DNA of 64,000 nt. It comes from Candidatus Micrarchaeota archaeon. GTDB taxonomy: Archaea > Micrarchaeota > Micrarchaeia > Norongarragalinales > Norongarragalinaceae. A model generated the notes under the pieces. It did not search any database. It was not told the DNA's origin and saw only the letters and a program-made list of their open reading frames with translations. Both the position numbers and the translations under genes were made by a program. Location: positions 1 through 64,000 of the forward strand of contig JACQQD010000003.1 of NCBI GenBank assembly GCA_016207165.1, in the 5' to 3' direction. Of the stretch, positions 8,211 through 17,509 are shown piece after piece (the first letter of the stretch is position 1; the number at the start of each line of letters is the position of its first letter).

Positions 8211-9234
8211 CGCACGCGTTGGCTTTCGGAAACGCGTATTTTTCCAATTCGCCTCGCCGCACCCACTTGACGGCCTGGCATTGCTGGGGGCTTGCAATGC
8301 CTGACACCCACCGCGCGTCAAAGGCATGCAGCGTAATTTTGAAATGGGAGTAGGCGTGCTTGACTTCGGCGACTTTTTTTCCAATGCGGATTTTCACGCC
8401 GGTTTCCTCGAACACTTCGCGGGCGGCGGCACGCGGCAACGACTCCCCGGCTTGGATTTTGCCGCCGGGAAACTCCCACAACCCGCCCAAAAGCCCCTGG
8501 GGTTTGCGTTGGCAAATCAAAACCCGCCCGTTTTTTCGGACTACGGCGCACGCGATGGTGAAGTGGGAAACGGGTTTCTTCTTTTTCTTGACGGGAAAGA
8601 AGTCCTGTTTTTTGAGTTTCAAGGCGCGGCAATCGTTCCGAAGCGGACAATTCAAACACAGCGGTTTTTTCGGCAAACACGCCGTGGCACCCAGTTCCAT
8701 GAGCGCCTGGTTGTAGGTTCCGGCGCGCGAAGGCGGAAGGTTTTCCTGGGCGACGCGCTTGAGTTTTTCCTTCGTCTTGGACAAGGCCACGTCGCCTTTT
8801 TCCGCGGTGACGCGCGAGAGCACGCGCACCACGTTGCCGTCCAGCACGGCATGGGGTTTGTTGAAAGCGATGCTGGACACCGCGGAGGCAATGTAGTCCC
8901 CGATTCCCGGCAAGTCCAGGAGTTCTTCGTACGAGTCGGGAACCCGGCCGTATTTCTGGAAAGCAATTTTCGCGGCCGCGTGCAGGTTGCGGGCCCTCGA
9001 ATAGTAACCCGCCCCCTCCCATGCCTTCAGCACGTCGTTGACATCCGCGTGGGCCAGGGCCTCAAGCGTCGGAAACCGCTGCAAAAACCGCCGGTAGTAC
9101 GGAATGGCTTGGTCCACCCGGGTCTGCTGAAGCAGGACTTCCGAAACCCAGATCTTGTAGGGGTCGCGGGTTTGACGCCAAGGCAGATTGCGCTTGTGGC
9201 GGGCGTACCAAGAAAGCAGTTTTGAAGTATTCAC
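8167..9234 (-). CDS. mutY: A/G-specific adenine glycosylase with C-terminal Nudix domain
   Basis: WVSEVLLQQT, GYYSRARNL, HhH-GPD, FeS CLPKKPLCLNCPLRNDC, HAYSHF. Confidence 0.96.
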   Translation of the reverse strand: MNTSKLLSWYARHKRNLPWRQTRDPYKIWVSEVLLQQTRVDQAIPYYRRFLQRFPTLEALAHADVNDVLKAWEGAGYYSRARNLHAAAKIAFQKYGRVPDSYEELLDLPGIGDYIASAVSSIAFNKPHAVLDGNVVRVLSRVTAEKGDVALSKTKEKLKRVAQENLPPSRAGTYNQALMELGATACLPKKPLCLNCPLRNDCRALKLKKQDFFPVKKKKKPVSHFTIACAVVRKNGRVLICQRKPQGLLGGLWEFPGGKIQAGESLPRAAAREVFEETGVKIRIGKKVAEVKHAYSHFKITLHAFDARWVSGIASPQQCQAVKWVRRGELEKYAFPKANACVIQALLTDSSSTRL

Positions 9235-9290
9235 AAACGGGTTTCAAGGAAAACCAGGTTTTATAGGATTGCAACGCCATCACCCAATCC

Positions 9291-10451
9291 ATGCGCTTTA
9301 GCGACAAGACCATCATCGTCGGCGTAACGGGCAGCATCGCCGCCTACAAAGCCCTGGAGCTGGTGCGGGCCTTGAAAAAAGAGGGGGCCGAGGTGCACGT
9401 CATCCAAAGCGAGGGCGCGAAAAACTTCGTCTCGCCGCTTTCGTTTCAGACCATTTCCGGCCACCCCGTCCTGGAACAGCAATTCGGCGACCGGAAAATG
9501 AAGCACATCGATTTGAGCCAAGCCGACGCGCTTGTGGTCGCGCCAGCCACGGCCAACTTCGTGGCCAAAGCCGCCATGGGATTGGCCGACGACTTGCTGA
9601 CCACCACCCTTCAAGCCTTTGGCGGTCCCGTCGTCATCGCGCCGGCCATGAACGACGTCATGTACGAAAACCAGGTCCAACGAAGAAACATTCAAAAGCT
9701 ACGCCAAATCGGGTACGCCGTCGTTGAACCGGGAGTCGGGGATTTGGCGTGCGGACGCAAAGGCCAAGGCCGGTTGGCGGCCTCCGAGAAAATTTTGGAT
9801 GCGTTGGACACCTTCTTCGTAGCCAAGGACCTCAAAGGAAAAACCGTGCTGGTCACCGCCGGACCCACCCGCGAGCATTTGGATCCGGTGCGCTTTTTGT
9901 CCAACGCCTCCACCGGAAAAATGGGTTACGCCTTTGCGCAGGCGTCCTTGGCCCGCGGAGCCAACGTCATCCTCGTCTCCGGTCCCACTTCCCTGGAGAA
10001 ACCCGCCGGCGTGAAAACTTTTTCCGTGACCACCGCGGCCGACATGCTTTCCGCAGTCAAGAAGCATTTTCAAGGGTGCGACGCGTTTGTCTCGGCCGCC
10101 GCGCCCGCCGACTTTCGACCCGTCAAAACAAGCAAGCAGAAAATCCCAAAGAAAAACGTGGACGCCATCGCGTTGAAACCCACCGAAGACATCCTCGCGT
10201 GGTGCGGAAAGCACAAGAAAAAACAGTTCGTCCTGGCATTCGCCTTGGAAATGAATTCCTCCCTGGCCAACGCAAGAAAAAAACTCAGGGCCAAAAACGC
10301 GGACGCCTTGGTGTTGAACACGCCGGAGAACGTGGCCAGCGACAACGCGCAAGGCGTGCTGGTGTTTCCTTTTACGTTCAAGCGCATCACCAGAAAAAGC
10401 AAAATCTCCTTCGCCCACGACGTCCTGGATCGGTTGCTAAAGCATGCTTGA
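9291..10451 (+). CDS. coaBC: Phosphopantothenoylcysteine decarboxylase/synthetase
   Basis: GVTGSIAAYK, APATAN, PAMN, LACG, TAGPTRE..DPVRFLSN.STGKMG. Confidence 0.96.
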   Translation: MRFSDKTIIVGVTGSIAAYKALELVRALKKEGAEVHVIQSEGAKNFVSPLSFQTISGHPVLEQQFGDRKMKHIDLSQADALVVAPATANFVAKAAMGLADDLLTTTLQAFGGPVVIAPAMNDVMYENQVQRRNIQKLRQIGYAVVEPGVGDLACGRKGQGRLAASEKILDALDTFFVAKDLKGKTVLVTAGPTREHLDPVRFLSNASTGKMGYAFAQASLARGANVILVSGPTSLEKPAGVKTFSVTTAADMLSAVKKHFQGCDAFVSAAAPADFRPVKTSKQKIPKKNVDAIALKPTEDILAWCGKHKKKQFVLAFALEMNSSLANARKKLRAKNADALVLNTPENVASDNAQGVLVFPFTFKRITRKSKISFAHDVLDRLLKHA

Positions 10452-11220
10452 ATACATTCTGTTGGGCATCCTGCAAGGCGTCACCGAGTGGCTGCCGGTT
10501 TCCAGCAAGAGCCAAGTCATGCTGTCGGCGGTCTCGTTCTTGGGCCTCAACGGGTTGGACGCCCTCAAATTGTCGTTGCTTCTGCACGCCGGCACCGCGC
10601 TGGCGGCGGTGGCGTACTACCGAAAAACGCTGTGGAAACTCTTCCTGGAACTTGGAGACGTCAAAAAAACGTCGCACACGTTCCGCTTTCTCTTTACGTC
10701 AACCGCCGTGACGGCCGCCGTGGCACTGCCGTTGTACTTGGCGTACCGGGGAAGTTTCGACGTCAACAACGCCCGCATCCTCACGGCCCTCATTGGACTG
10801 GGTCTTTTGGCCACCGCCCTACTTTTGCACGTCAAGCCCAAAGGACTCCGCAAGGAAAACGAATTGACGTGGAAGGACGCCGCCTTTGCGGGACTGCTGC
10901 AAGCCTTTTCCGTGCTTCCAGGAATATCGCGCTCCGGCACCAGCACCGCCGCCCTGCTTTGGAGAAACGTGTCGCAAGACGAGGCCCTTCGGCTGTCGTT
11001 CTTGATGAGCATTCCCATGGTGGCCGCCGCCCAAATCGCATTCTTTTTCATCGAAGGCCTGCCGGCCATCGGCTGGACGCAAGCCCTGGTGATGGTGGCC
11101 TCCTCCTTCGTGGCGGGATACTTCTCCATTGAAGCGCTTCTGCGCATCGCGCGCCACGTCTCGTTCGCCTGGTTTTGTGCAGGGTTGGGATTGGTCGCCT
11201 TGGCCGGCGCCTTTCTTTGA
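10444..11220 (+). CDS. uppP: Undecaprenyl-diphosphate phosphatase (BacA)
   Basis: QGVTEWLPVSS and PGISRSG motifs; multi-TM. Confidence 0.93.
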   Translation: MLEYILLGILQGVTEWLPVSSKSQVMLSAVSFLGLNGLDALKLSLLLHAGTALAAVAYYRKTLWKLFLELGDVKKTSHTFRFLFTSTAVTAAVALPLYLAYRGSFDVNNARILTALIGLGLLATALLLHVKPKGLRKENELTWKDAAFAGLLQAFSVLPGISRSGTSTAALLWRNVSQDEALRLSFLMSIPMVAAAQIAFFFIEGLPAIGWTQALVMVASSFVAGYFSIEALLRIARHVSFAWFCAGLGLVALAGAFL

Positions 11221-11284
11221 ATTCAGGAAAAAAACGGAGCAAACCCGGCACCACTTTAAACCCGGAAGCGCCTTGGATTCTTTG

Positions 11285-11677
11285 ATGGAAAGACTCGTGT
11301 GGCTGGTGATCATCGGCATTTTTTCATTGGGTTGCCTGCAATACGGCGCCGCCACACCGACACCCAAGGCATGCACCCTGGAGTACGCGCCGGTGTGCGG
11401 CGTGGACGGCATGACCTATTCCAACAAGTGCTTCGCTGGAGACGTGGCCGTGGACCACGTCGGCGAATGCCAAACCGAATCGCCCACGCCAGCGCCCACG
11501 GATTCCTGTCAACTGTTCCGACACGCTCAAACCGGTCAAGTCCAGTGCTTCGGCTGCGCGGGCACGGTGTGCACCACTTTGGAACGCGGGTTTGAACCCT
11601 ACGAACTCCCGGACGACTACATCGGCATTCCCTACGCGTGCTACCCCACCGCAAAAGGCTGTGCCTTGGCCCAGTAA
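11285..11677 (+). CDS. Kazal-domain-containing lipoprotein
   Basis: Signal/lipobox (SLGC) then CTLEYAPVCGVDGMTYSNKC Kazal motif. Confidence 0.85.
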   Translation: MERLVWLVIIGIFSLGCLQYGAATPTPKACTLEYAPVCGVDGMTYSNKCFAGDVAVDHVGECQTESPTPAPTDSCQLFRHAQTGQVQCFGCAGTVCTTLERGFEPYELPDDYIGIPYACYPTAKGCALAQ

Positions 11678-11714
11678 CCCAATCGCTTTTATCCGGACGC
11701 CGCCAAGAACAAAA

Positions 11715-11808
11715 CAGATGATGACTGCGTTACGGCGGATGGGTTGACGCAAAAGGCTTTCGGGCTGACGGCATTAACCCAAGTGAAGAATGACGGACGG
11801 TCTGACTT
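11715..11808 (+). ncRNA. Box C/D 2'-O-methylation guide sRNA
   Basis: C box ATGATGA 11718-11724, D' CGGA 11736-11739, internal hairpin, C' GTGAAGA 11783-11789, 12-nt guide ATGACGGACGGT, D box CTGA 11802-11805; guide is antisense to the conserved 16S 1398-1408 region. Confidence 0.8.
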
Positions 11809-11849
11809 TTCCGAAACTCTTTTCTACATGTGCGGCATACAAGTAAGAA

Positions 11850-12824
11850 ATGACCCAGAAACCCATTTCCTCGTTCATCGAGAAGCATTACCGGCATTTT
11901 AACGCCGCCAAAGTCGTGGACGCCGCACGCGCCTACAAAAAGCACGTCGAGTCCGGCGGACCCATGATGGTGACTCTGGCTGGAGCCATGAGCACCGCAG
12001 AACTGGGCTTGTCGCTGGCGGAAATGATCCGGAAAGACAAAGTCCACGCCATCACGTGCACCGGCGCCAACTTGGAGGAAGACGTGTTCAACTTGGTGGC
12101 CCACGACCACTACGTCAAACTGCCGGACTGGCGGGACCTGTCCGTCCAGGACGAATTGAAGTTGTACTCCAAGGGACTTAACCGCGTCACGGACACCGCC
12201 ATTCCCGAAGAACAGGCGTTGCGGCGCATGGAGAAGCACTTGCTGGCGTTGTGGAAGAAAGCCGACCAAAAAGGCGAGCGCAAGCTGCCCCACGAGTTTT
12301 TCTACGACCTTTTGTTGTCGGGTGAGTTGGAAAAATATTACCAAATCGATGCGAAAGACAGTTGGCTGCTTGCCGCCGCGCAAAAAAATCTGCCCCTGTT
12401 CGTTCCCGGCTGGGAGGACTCCACCATGGGAAACATTTACACGGCCAACCACATTGCTGGAAACATCCGAAGCCTTGACACCGTCAAAGGCGGAACCCAC
12501 TACATGAAACAGTTGGTGTCTTGGTACACGGAGGCCTCGAAAAAGAAATCCATCGGCTTTTTCCAGATCGGCGGCGGAATCGCCGGCGACTTTCCCATCT
12601 GCGTGGTGCCGCTGCTTCACCAAGACCTCAAGCGAAAAGCGCCGTACTGGGGTTACTTTTGCCAGATCAGCGACTCCACCACGTCCTACGGCTCGTACAG
12701 CGGTGCGGTCCCAAACGAGAAAATCACGTGGGGGAAACTGGACGCCGACACGCCCCGCTTCATCATTGAATCCGACGCCACCATCGTGGCTCCACTGGTT
12801 TTCGCCTACGTCTTGGACTGGTGA
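11850..12824 (+). CDS. Deoxyhypusine synthase family protein (bacterial-type)
   Basis: TLAGAMSTAE, TGANLEED, IGGGIAGDFPIC, GSYSGAVPNEKITWGK, SDATIVAPL. Confidence 0.9.
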   Translation: MTQKPISSFIEKHYRHFNAAKVVDAARAYKKHVESGGPMMVTLAGAMSTAELGLSLAEMIRKDKVHAITCTGANLEEDVFNLVAHDHYVKLPDWRDLSVQDELKLYSKGLNRVTDTAIPEEQALRRMEKHLLALWKKADQKGERKLPHEFFYDLLLSGELEKYYQIDAKDSWLLAAAQKNLPLFVPGWEDSTMGNIYTANHIAGNIRSLDTVKGGTHYMKQLVSWYTEASKKKSIGFFQIGGGIAGDFPICVVPLLHQDLKRKAPYWGYFCQISDSTTSYGSYSGAVPNEKITWGKLDADTPRFIIESDATIVAPLVFAYVLDW

Positions 12825-12897
12825 AAAACCACCGCAAGCGTTTTATTTCCGCCGGGGTACGTTGAGTTTAACGAGGTGACTGGAATGAACGGCAAAA

Positions 12898-14994
12898 GTG
12901 ATTCTCTTCCGCGCGGTGGACGCCTTCCCGCAAAACCCACGCCAGTCGCCGGATTCGACTAATTGTCAGCGCGTCGTCGTCAAGTTCGGAACTCAAGTGC
13001 TCACAACGGATAGCGGTAGCTTGGACCTCAACGCCTTGCGCGACTTGGTAAGCGTCATCGCCGGACACCGTTTGAAAGGCACTCACGTGGCCATTGTGAC
13101 GTCGGGCGCAATCGGTGCGGGCGCATCCGCCATCGGGTTGAAACGCCAAGGCCTCTCCGTCGCGCAACAGCAAGTGGCCGCCGCCGTGGGCCAAAGCCTT
13201 CTCATGGAACAATACAATGCCTTGTTCGGGCGGAAAGGCATCGCCGTAGCCCAACTGCTTTTGACCAACGACGATTTTGAGGATGAAAAACGACGGAAAA
13301 ACCTCGTCGGAACGTTGCACGCCCTGCTGCAGCAAGGCATTGTGCCGGTCATCAACGAAAACGACGTGGTCACGACCAGCGAGTTGGACTTTTCAAGCGG
13401 CAAAACCGGCGGCGCCTTTGGCGACAACGATGAATTGTCAAGTTTAGTGGCCCAAGCCATCGGCGCACAAACGCTCGTGTTGATGTCCAACGTGGACGGC
13501 CTTTTAGGTCCAAATGGCCACGTAATTCCGGAAGTGGCCGACGTGAGCGACTCACTGGAAAGCCTCGACCTGAAAAACGGGAACGGCCGCGGCGGGCTCA
13601 AGACCAAACTCAAAGCCGCCCGCTTTGCAACCCGTGCAGGCATCGGCGTGTACTGGATCAACCGGCATGCCACTACGCTTGAACACGTGTTGGAAGGCCA
13701 AACCGCAGGCACCAAGTTTGCCCCGGCTGGGACCGCAACCAATGAAGTGGAACAGCAAGTCCGGAACGCGGTCCAGCAAAGCCGACAGGCCCGCCACGAC
13801 TTGGCGAGAACGCTGGCCACGCAACGCAACGACGCCTTGCAGAAAATGAGCGACGCGTTGGACGTCCACCGGCAACGCATCCTGGAAGCCAATGCGAAGG
13901 ACGTACAAAAAGCAAGGGATGACGGCCGACCCGAGGCGTTCATAGAACGCCTGGCGCTGGACGGTGTCAAACTGGATGCGCTTCAACGCACGCTGGTTGA
14001 CGTGGAAACCCTGGTTTTGCCCGACATGCGCATGCGCGAATGGACGTTGCCCAACCAGGTGGTCATACGGCAGGTCCGCGTGCCCATCGGAGTCGTCGCG
14101 TTGGTATTCGAGGCGCGTCCAGACGTCGTGGTGGAAGCCGCGGCGTTATGCATCAAAACCGGCAACGCCTTGCTGCTCAAAGGCAGCCGCCAGGCGCACG
14201 CCACCAATACGGCTATCGTGCGCTCCCTGCAAGACGCGCTCCAAGCTACCGGTTTACCGAACGGATGCGTTCAATTGCTACCGCCAGAGAGGGAATCCAC
14301 CGACGCGCTTTTAAAAAACACCTGCGTCGACCTGGTTATTCCTCGAGGTGGCGCAGACTTGGTGACCAAAGTCCGAAAAGACGCGCTCATGCCCGTCATT
14401 TTCGCCGGCGGCGGCACCTGCCACGTCTACGTACATCGCGACGCCGACCTGGACATGGCCACAGGGATACTGCTGAACGCTAAAACGCAGAAGCCATCGG
14501 CGTGCAATGCGTGCGAGACGCTCCTGATCCACCGCGATATTGCCGCACAAGCGCTTCCACGGCTCGCTGCCGCCTTGCAAAACGCCGGCGTCACGGTCAA
14601 AGGCGACGCGGCGTGCCTAAAGATTCTGGTGGGCGACGTGATCCAAAGTCAGCGAGAACCGGACTGGCGTGCGGAATACCTCAACTTGACGCTTGCTGTC
14701 CGCGTGGTGGAACGCCTGGAGCAAGCCGTGGACCATATCAACCGATACGGCACCCACCACTCCGACGCAATCATTACGGCAGACGAAAGAAGCGCCCGCC
14801 AATTCATGGACGAGGTGGATTCGGCCGCCGTCTACTGGAATGCGTCCACGCGCTTTACCGACGGCGGACAATTCGGATTCGGCGCCGAACTGGGCATCAG
14901 CACGCAGAAAACGCACGTGCGCGGACCCATTGGCATCGACGCGTTGTATACCTACCATTACGAAATCACGGGCAACGGACAGGTGAGGACATGA
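12898..14994 (+). CDS. proBA: Fused glutamate 5-kinase / gamma-glutamyl phosphate reductase
   Basis: N-half VVVKFGT, VTSGA, INENDVV, GDNDELS; C-half FEARPDV, KPSACNACETLL, NASTRFTDGGQFGFGAELGIST; one continuous frame. Confidence 0.95.
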   Translation: MILFRAVDAFPQNPRQSPDSTNCQRVVVKFGTQVLTTDSGSLDLNALRDLVSVIAGHRLKGTHVAIVTSGAIGAGASAIGLKRQGLSVAQQQVAAAVGQSLLMEQYNALFGRKGIAVAQLLLTNDDFEDEKRRKNLVGTLHALLQQGIVPVINENDVVTTSELDFSSGKTGGAFGDNDELSSLVAQAIGAQTLVLMSNVDGLLGPNGHVIPEVADVSDSLESLDLKNGNGRGGLKTKLKAARFATRAGIGVYWINRHATTLEHVLEGQTAGTKFAPAGTATNEVEQQVRNAVQQSRQARHDLARTLATQRNDALQKMSDALDVHRQRILEANAKDVQKARDDGRPEAFIERLALDGVKLDALQRTLVDVETLVLPDMRMREWTLPNQVVIRQVRVPIGVVALVFEARPDVVVEAAALCIKTGNALLLKGSRQAHATNTAIVRSLQDALQATGLPNGCVQLLPPERESTDALLKNTCVDLVIPRGGADLVTKVRKDALMPVIFAGGGTCHVYVHRDADLDMATGILLNAKTQKPSACNACETLLIHRDIAAQALPRLAAALQNAGVTVKGDAACLKILVGDVIQSQREPDWRAEYLNLTLAVRVVERLEQAVDHINRYGTHHSDAIITADERSARQFMDEVDSAAVYWNASTRFTDGGQFGFGAELGISTQKTHVRGPIGIDALYTYHYEITGNGQVRT

Positions 14995-15761
14995 AACTAT
15001 GCGTCATCGGCGTCGGCCGACTCGGCTCCGCGCTTTTGCAAGGCTGGAAAAAAACGGATTGGGCGTTATCGGCGCTCGGCAAGCACGGCGTGCCGCGCGA
15101 GGTAAAGGAAGTCACCTTCAAGGAAGCCATCCAAGCCGACATCGTCGTGGTGGCGGTCAAACCCAAGGACGTTGCCAGTGTATTGCAGGAATTGTTTGCT
15201 CACGGGCAGAGTCCCGGACCGCTGATCGTTTCCGTGGCCGTGCAACCCGACTTACAAACCTTGCAGGCTCACGCGCCCCAAGGCGCGGCAGTGGCGCGCG
15301 CCATGCCCAACATTGCCTGTGCTGTTGGAAAAAGCGTCACGGCCTACGCATGCGGCCGACACGTATCGAGCCGTCAGCAAATCCAACTCCAGGCGTTGTG
15401 GGACGCCTGTGGACAAGGCATCTTGGTTGAGGAAAACCAACTGGCCGCCGCCACGGCGCTGTCCGGTTGCGGGCCGGCTTACGCCTTTCGGTTCATCCAA
15501 TCCTTGACACGCGCGGGCGAGCAAATGGGATTGGAAAAAACGCAGTCGGAGCAAATGGCACGCGGCATCTTGCAGGGCGCCGCCGGCTTGTTGGAGAAAG
15601 AACCGGAAAAGCCGTTGGTGCAATGGATTGACCAAGTGGCCACACCCGGCGGCACGACGGAGGCCGCGTTGAAAAAATGGGGCGAGTTGGAATTCGACCG
15701 CGTGGTTTTGGAAGGGCTGGCCGCCGCGTACATGAAAAACAAGACGAGGGGACAAAAATGA
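14991..15761 (+). CDS. proC: Pyrroline-5-carboxylate reductase
   Basis: IGVGRLG, AVKP, RAMPN, LSGCGPAY, VATPGGTT; ATGA overlap with proBA. Confidence 0.93.
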   Translation: MKLCVIGVGRLGSALLQGWKKTDWALSALGKHGVPREVKEVTFKEAIQADIVVVAVKPKDVASVLQELFAHGQSPGPLIVSVAVQPDLQTLQAHAPQGAAVARAMPNIACAVGKSVTAYACGRHVSSRQQIQLQALWDACGQGILVEENQLAAATALSGCGPAYAFRFIQSLTRAGEQMGLEKTQSEQMARGILQGAAGLLEKEPEKPLVQWIDQVATPGGTTEAALKKWGELEFDRVVLEGLAAAYMKNKTRGQK

Positions 15762-16093
15762 CCGCCACCTGGCAGGACTTTGAAAAAATCGACATGCGCG
15801 TAGGCATCATCGTGGACGTACAAGACTTTCCGGAAGCGAAAGTGCCGGCATACAAGCTCAACGTCGACTTGGGCCCGCAAATCGGGCTCAAAACATCCAG
15901 CGCCCGCATCACCCAATTGTATTCCAAGCAGGACCTCTTGGGAAAAACAGTCGCATGCGTCGTCAACTTCGCGCCCAAGAAAATCGGCTCGTTCGTCTCG
16001 GAAGTGCTCGTCATGGGTTCGTACAGCGGCGGCAACGTCGTCCTCCTGACACCCGACAAGCCGCAAGCCCAACCCGGCGACAAAATAGGCTGA
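15758..16093 (+). CDS. csaA: tRNA-binding protein CsaA/Trbp111
   Basis: DFEKIDMRVG, SSARIT, VVNFAPKKIG..SEVLV. Confidence 0.9.
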   Translation: MTATWQDFEKIDMRVGIIVDVQDFPEAKVPAYKLNVDLGPQIGLKTSSARITQLYSKQDLLGKTVACVVNFAPKKIGSFVSEVLVMGSYSGGNVVLLTPDKPQAQPGDKIG

Positions 16094-16123
16094 CATTTAT
16101 CCTTCAAGTCGCCCAGTTAGAAC

Positions 16124-17092
16124 ATGTCCAAAAACGCGGACGTGGCCCGATTGCTACAGCAGGTGGCCGACGCGCTGTTGGCCTTGGGCGAGGACGCGTT
16201 CAAGGTCCGCGCGTACAAGACCGCCAGCCAAACCATTGAAGTTTTGGACGAAAACATCCAGGACGTGCACCGCCGGAACGCGTTGGAAGAGATTCCGGGA
16301 GTCGGCAAAGCCATCTCCGAGAAAATCGCGCAATACTTGGACACCGGCAAACTTTCGTACTACGAAGGCCTCAAGAAAAAGCTCCCCAAGGACTTCGAGC
16401 AACTCATCCAAGTCGAATCCCTGGGGCCCAAGAAAGTCTACGCGGTGTACAAGAAACTCAACGTCAACACGCTGAAGGACTTGGAGAACGCGTGCCTAAC
16501 TGGAAAAGTTCGAAAACTAAGCGGGTTTGGAGAGAAAAGCCAGGCGAAAATCCTGGAGAACCTCGGCCGCATCCACTCCAAACAACGAGTCCCGTACGAG
16601 ACCGCGCACGCCGTGGCGCAGAAAATCGTTTCGAAACTTGAAAAACAAAGGGAAGTCAAACGCGTCTCGAAAGCCGGGAGCCTGAGGAGGAAGAAAAAGA
16701 CAATTGGGGACGTGGACATCCTGGTGGTTTCCGCCAACCCCAAGAAAACCGTGGATTTTTTGGTCCGGTTGCCGTGGGTCAAGCACGTCATTGGCAAAGG
16801 ACCCAAAAAAACGTCGTTCCAAGTCAAAAACGGTTTGCAAGTCGACGTGCGGCTGGTCAACGAAGACCAATGGGGTGCGGCCTTAGTGTATTTTACCGGT
16901 TCCAAGGCGCACAACATTGAACTCCGCAGAATCGCGCAAGGCCAGGGACTCAAACTCAACGAGTACGGACTGTTTTCCGGAAAAAAATGCGTGGCCAGCA
17001 AAACCGAGGAAGACCTGTACCACGCGCTCGGACTGAAGTTCGTTCCACCGGAGCGGCGGGAAACACGGCAATTCATTGAATCAAAAACGTAA
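16124..17092 (+). CDS. polX: Family X DNA polymerase (no PHP domain)
   Basis: FKVRAY, HhH repeats, AGSLRR..GDVDIL, QVDVR, YFTGSKAHN, PPERRE. Confidence 0.92.
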   Translation: MSKNADVARLLQQVADALLALGEDAFKVRAYKTASQTIEVLDENIQDVHRRNALEEIPGVGKAISEKIAQYLDTGKLSYYEGLKKKLPKDFEQLIQVESLGPKKVYAVYKKLNVNTLKDLENACLTGKVRKLSGFGEKSQAKILENLGRIHSKQRVPYETAHAVAQKIVSKLEKQREVKRVSKAGSLRRKKKTIGDVDILVVSANPKKTVDFLVRLPWVKHVIGKGPKKTSFQVKNGLQVDVRLVNEDQWGAALVYFTGSKAHNIELRRIAQGQGLKLNEYGLFSGKKCVASKTEEDLYHALGLKFVPPERRETRQFIESKT

Positions 17093-17140
17093 AAAAACGC
17101 CTTGACCTGCAACAATACCAATGCAAAGGATTTGAACGGC

Positions 17141-17470
17141 ATGAAGTGGCTTGAAAACATTAAAATGAGTTTCAGATACGGCGCCCAAGTCAACAAATTG
17201 AAGGCACACTTGATGGAAGAACAAGATTCCGTGGTCATGCTGCAGGCGCTGAAAGGCCCGGTGGCAAAATTCCACGTTGGTTTCCGCGGGCGGGCCGAAT
17301 CCGACCGATTCCTGGGGTTGGTGCGAAGCACGGGAGTCGGGGAACACGTGTTTGTGACGGAGATTGGAACCCAGCTGAAGCTGGAGGCCAAAAGAGACTC
17401 GCCCGACGGAAAAGCCATTCTTGACATGCTGGCGAGAGCCTTGCAACGCCACCCGCGCATGAGGACTTAA
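17141..17470 (+). CDS. Hypothetical protein
   Basis: ORF fills the gap between polX and msrA; ATG 17141. Confidence 0.6.
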   Translation: MKWLENIKMSFRYGAQVNKLKAHLMEEQDSVVMLQALKGPVAKFHVGFRGRAESDRFLGLVRSTGVGEHVFVTEIGTQLKLEAKRDSPDGKAILDMLARALQRHPRMRT

Positions 17471-17509
17471 ACCGCGCATTAAAATTCAGGCCAGCCAAAG
17501 AAAACCATC

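Noticed and set aside
11740-11785. c-di-GMP-I riboswitch (GACGCAAAAG)
   Set aside because: P1/P2 elements (GGCAAAC, GAAA loop) absent; a box C/D sRNA explains the region better
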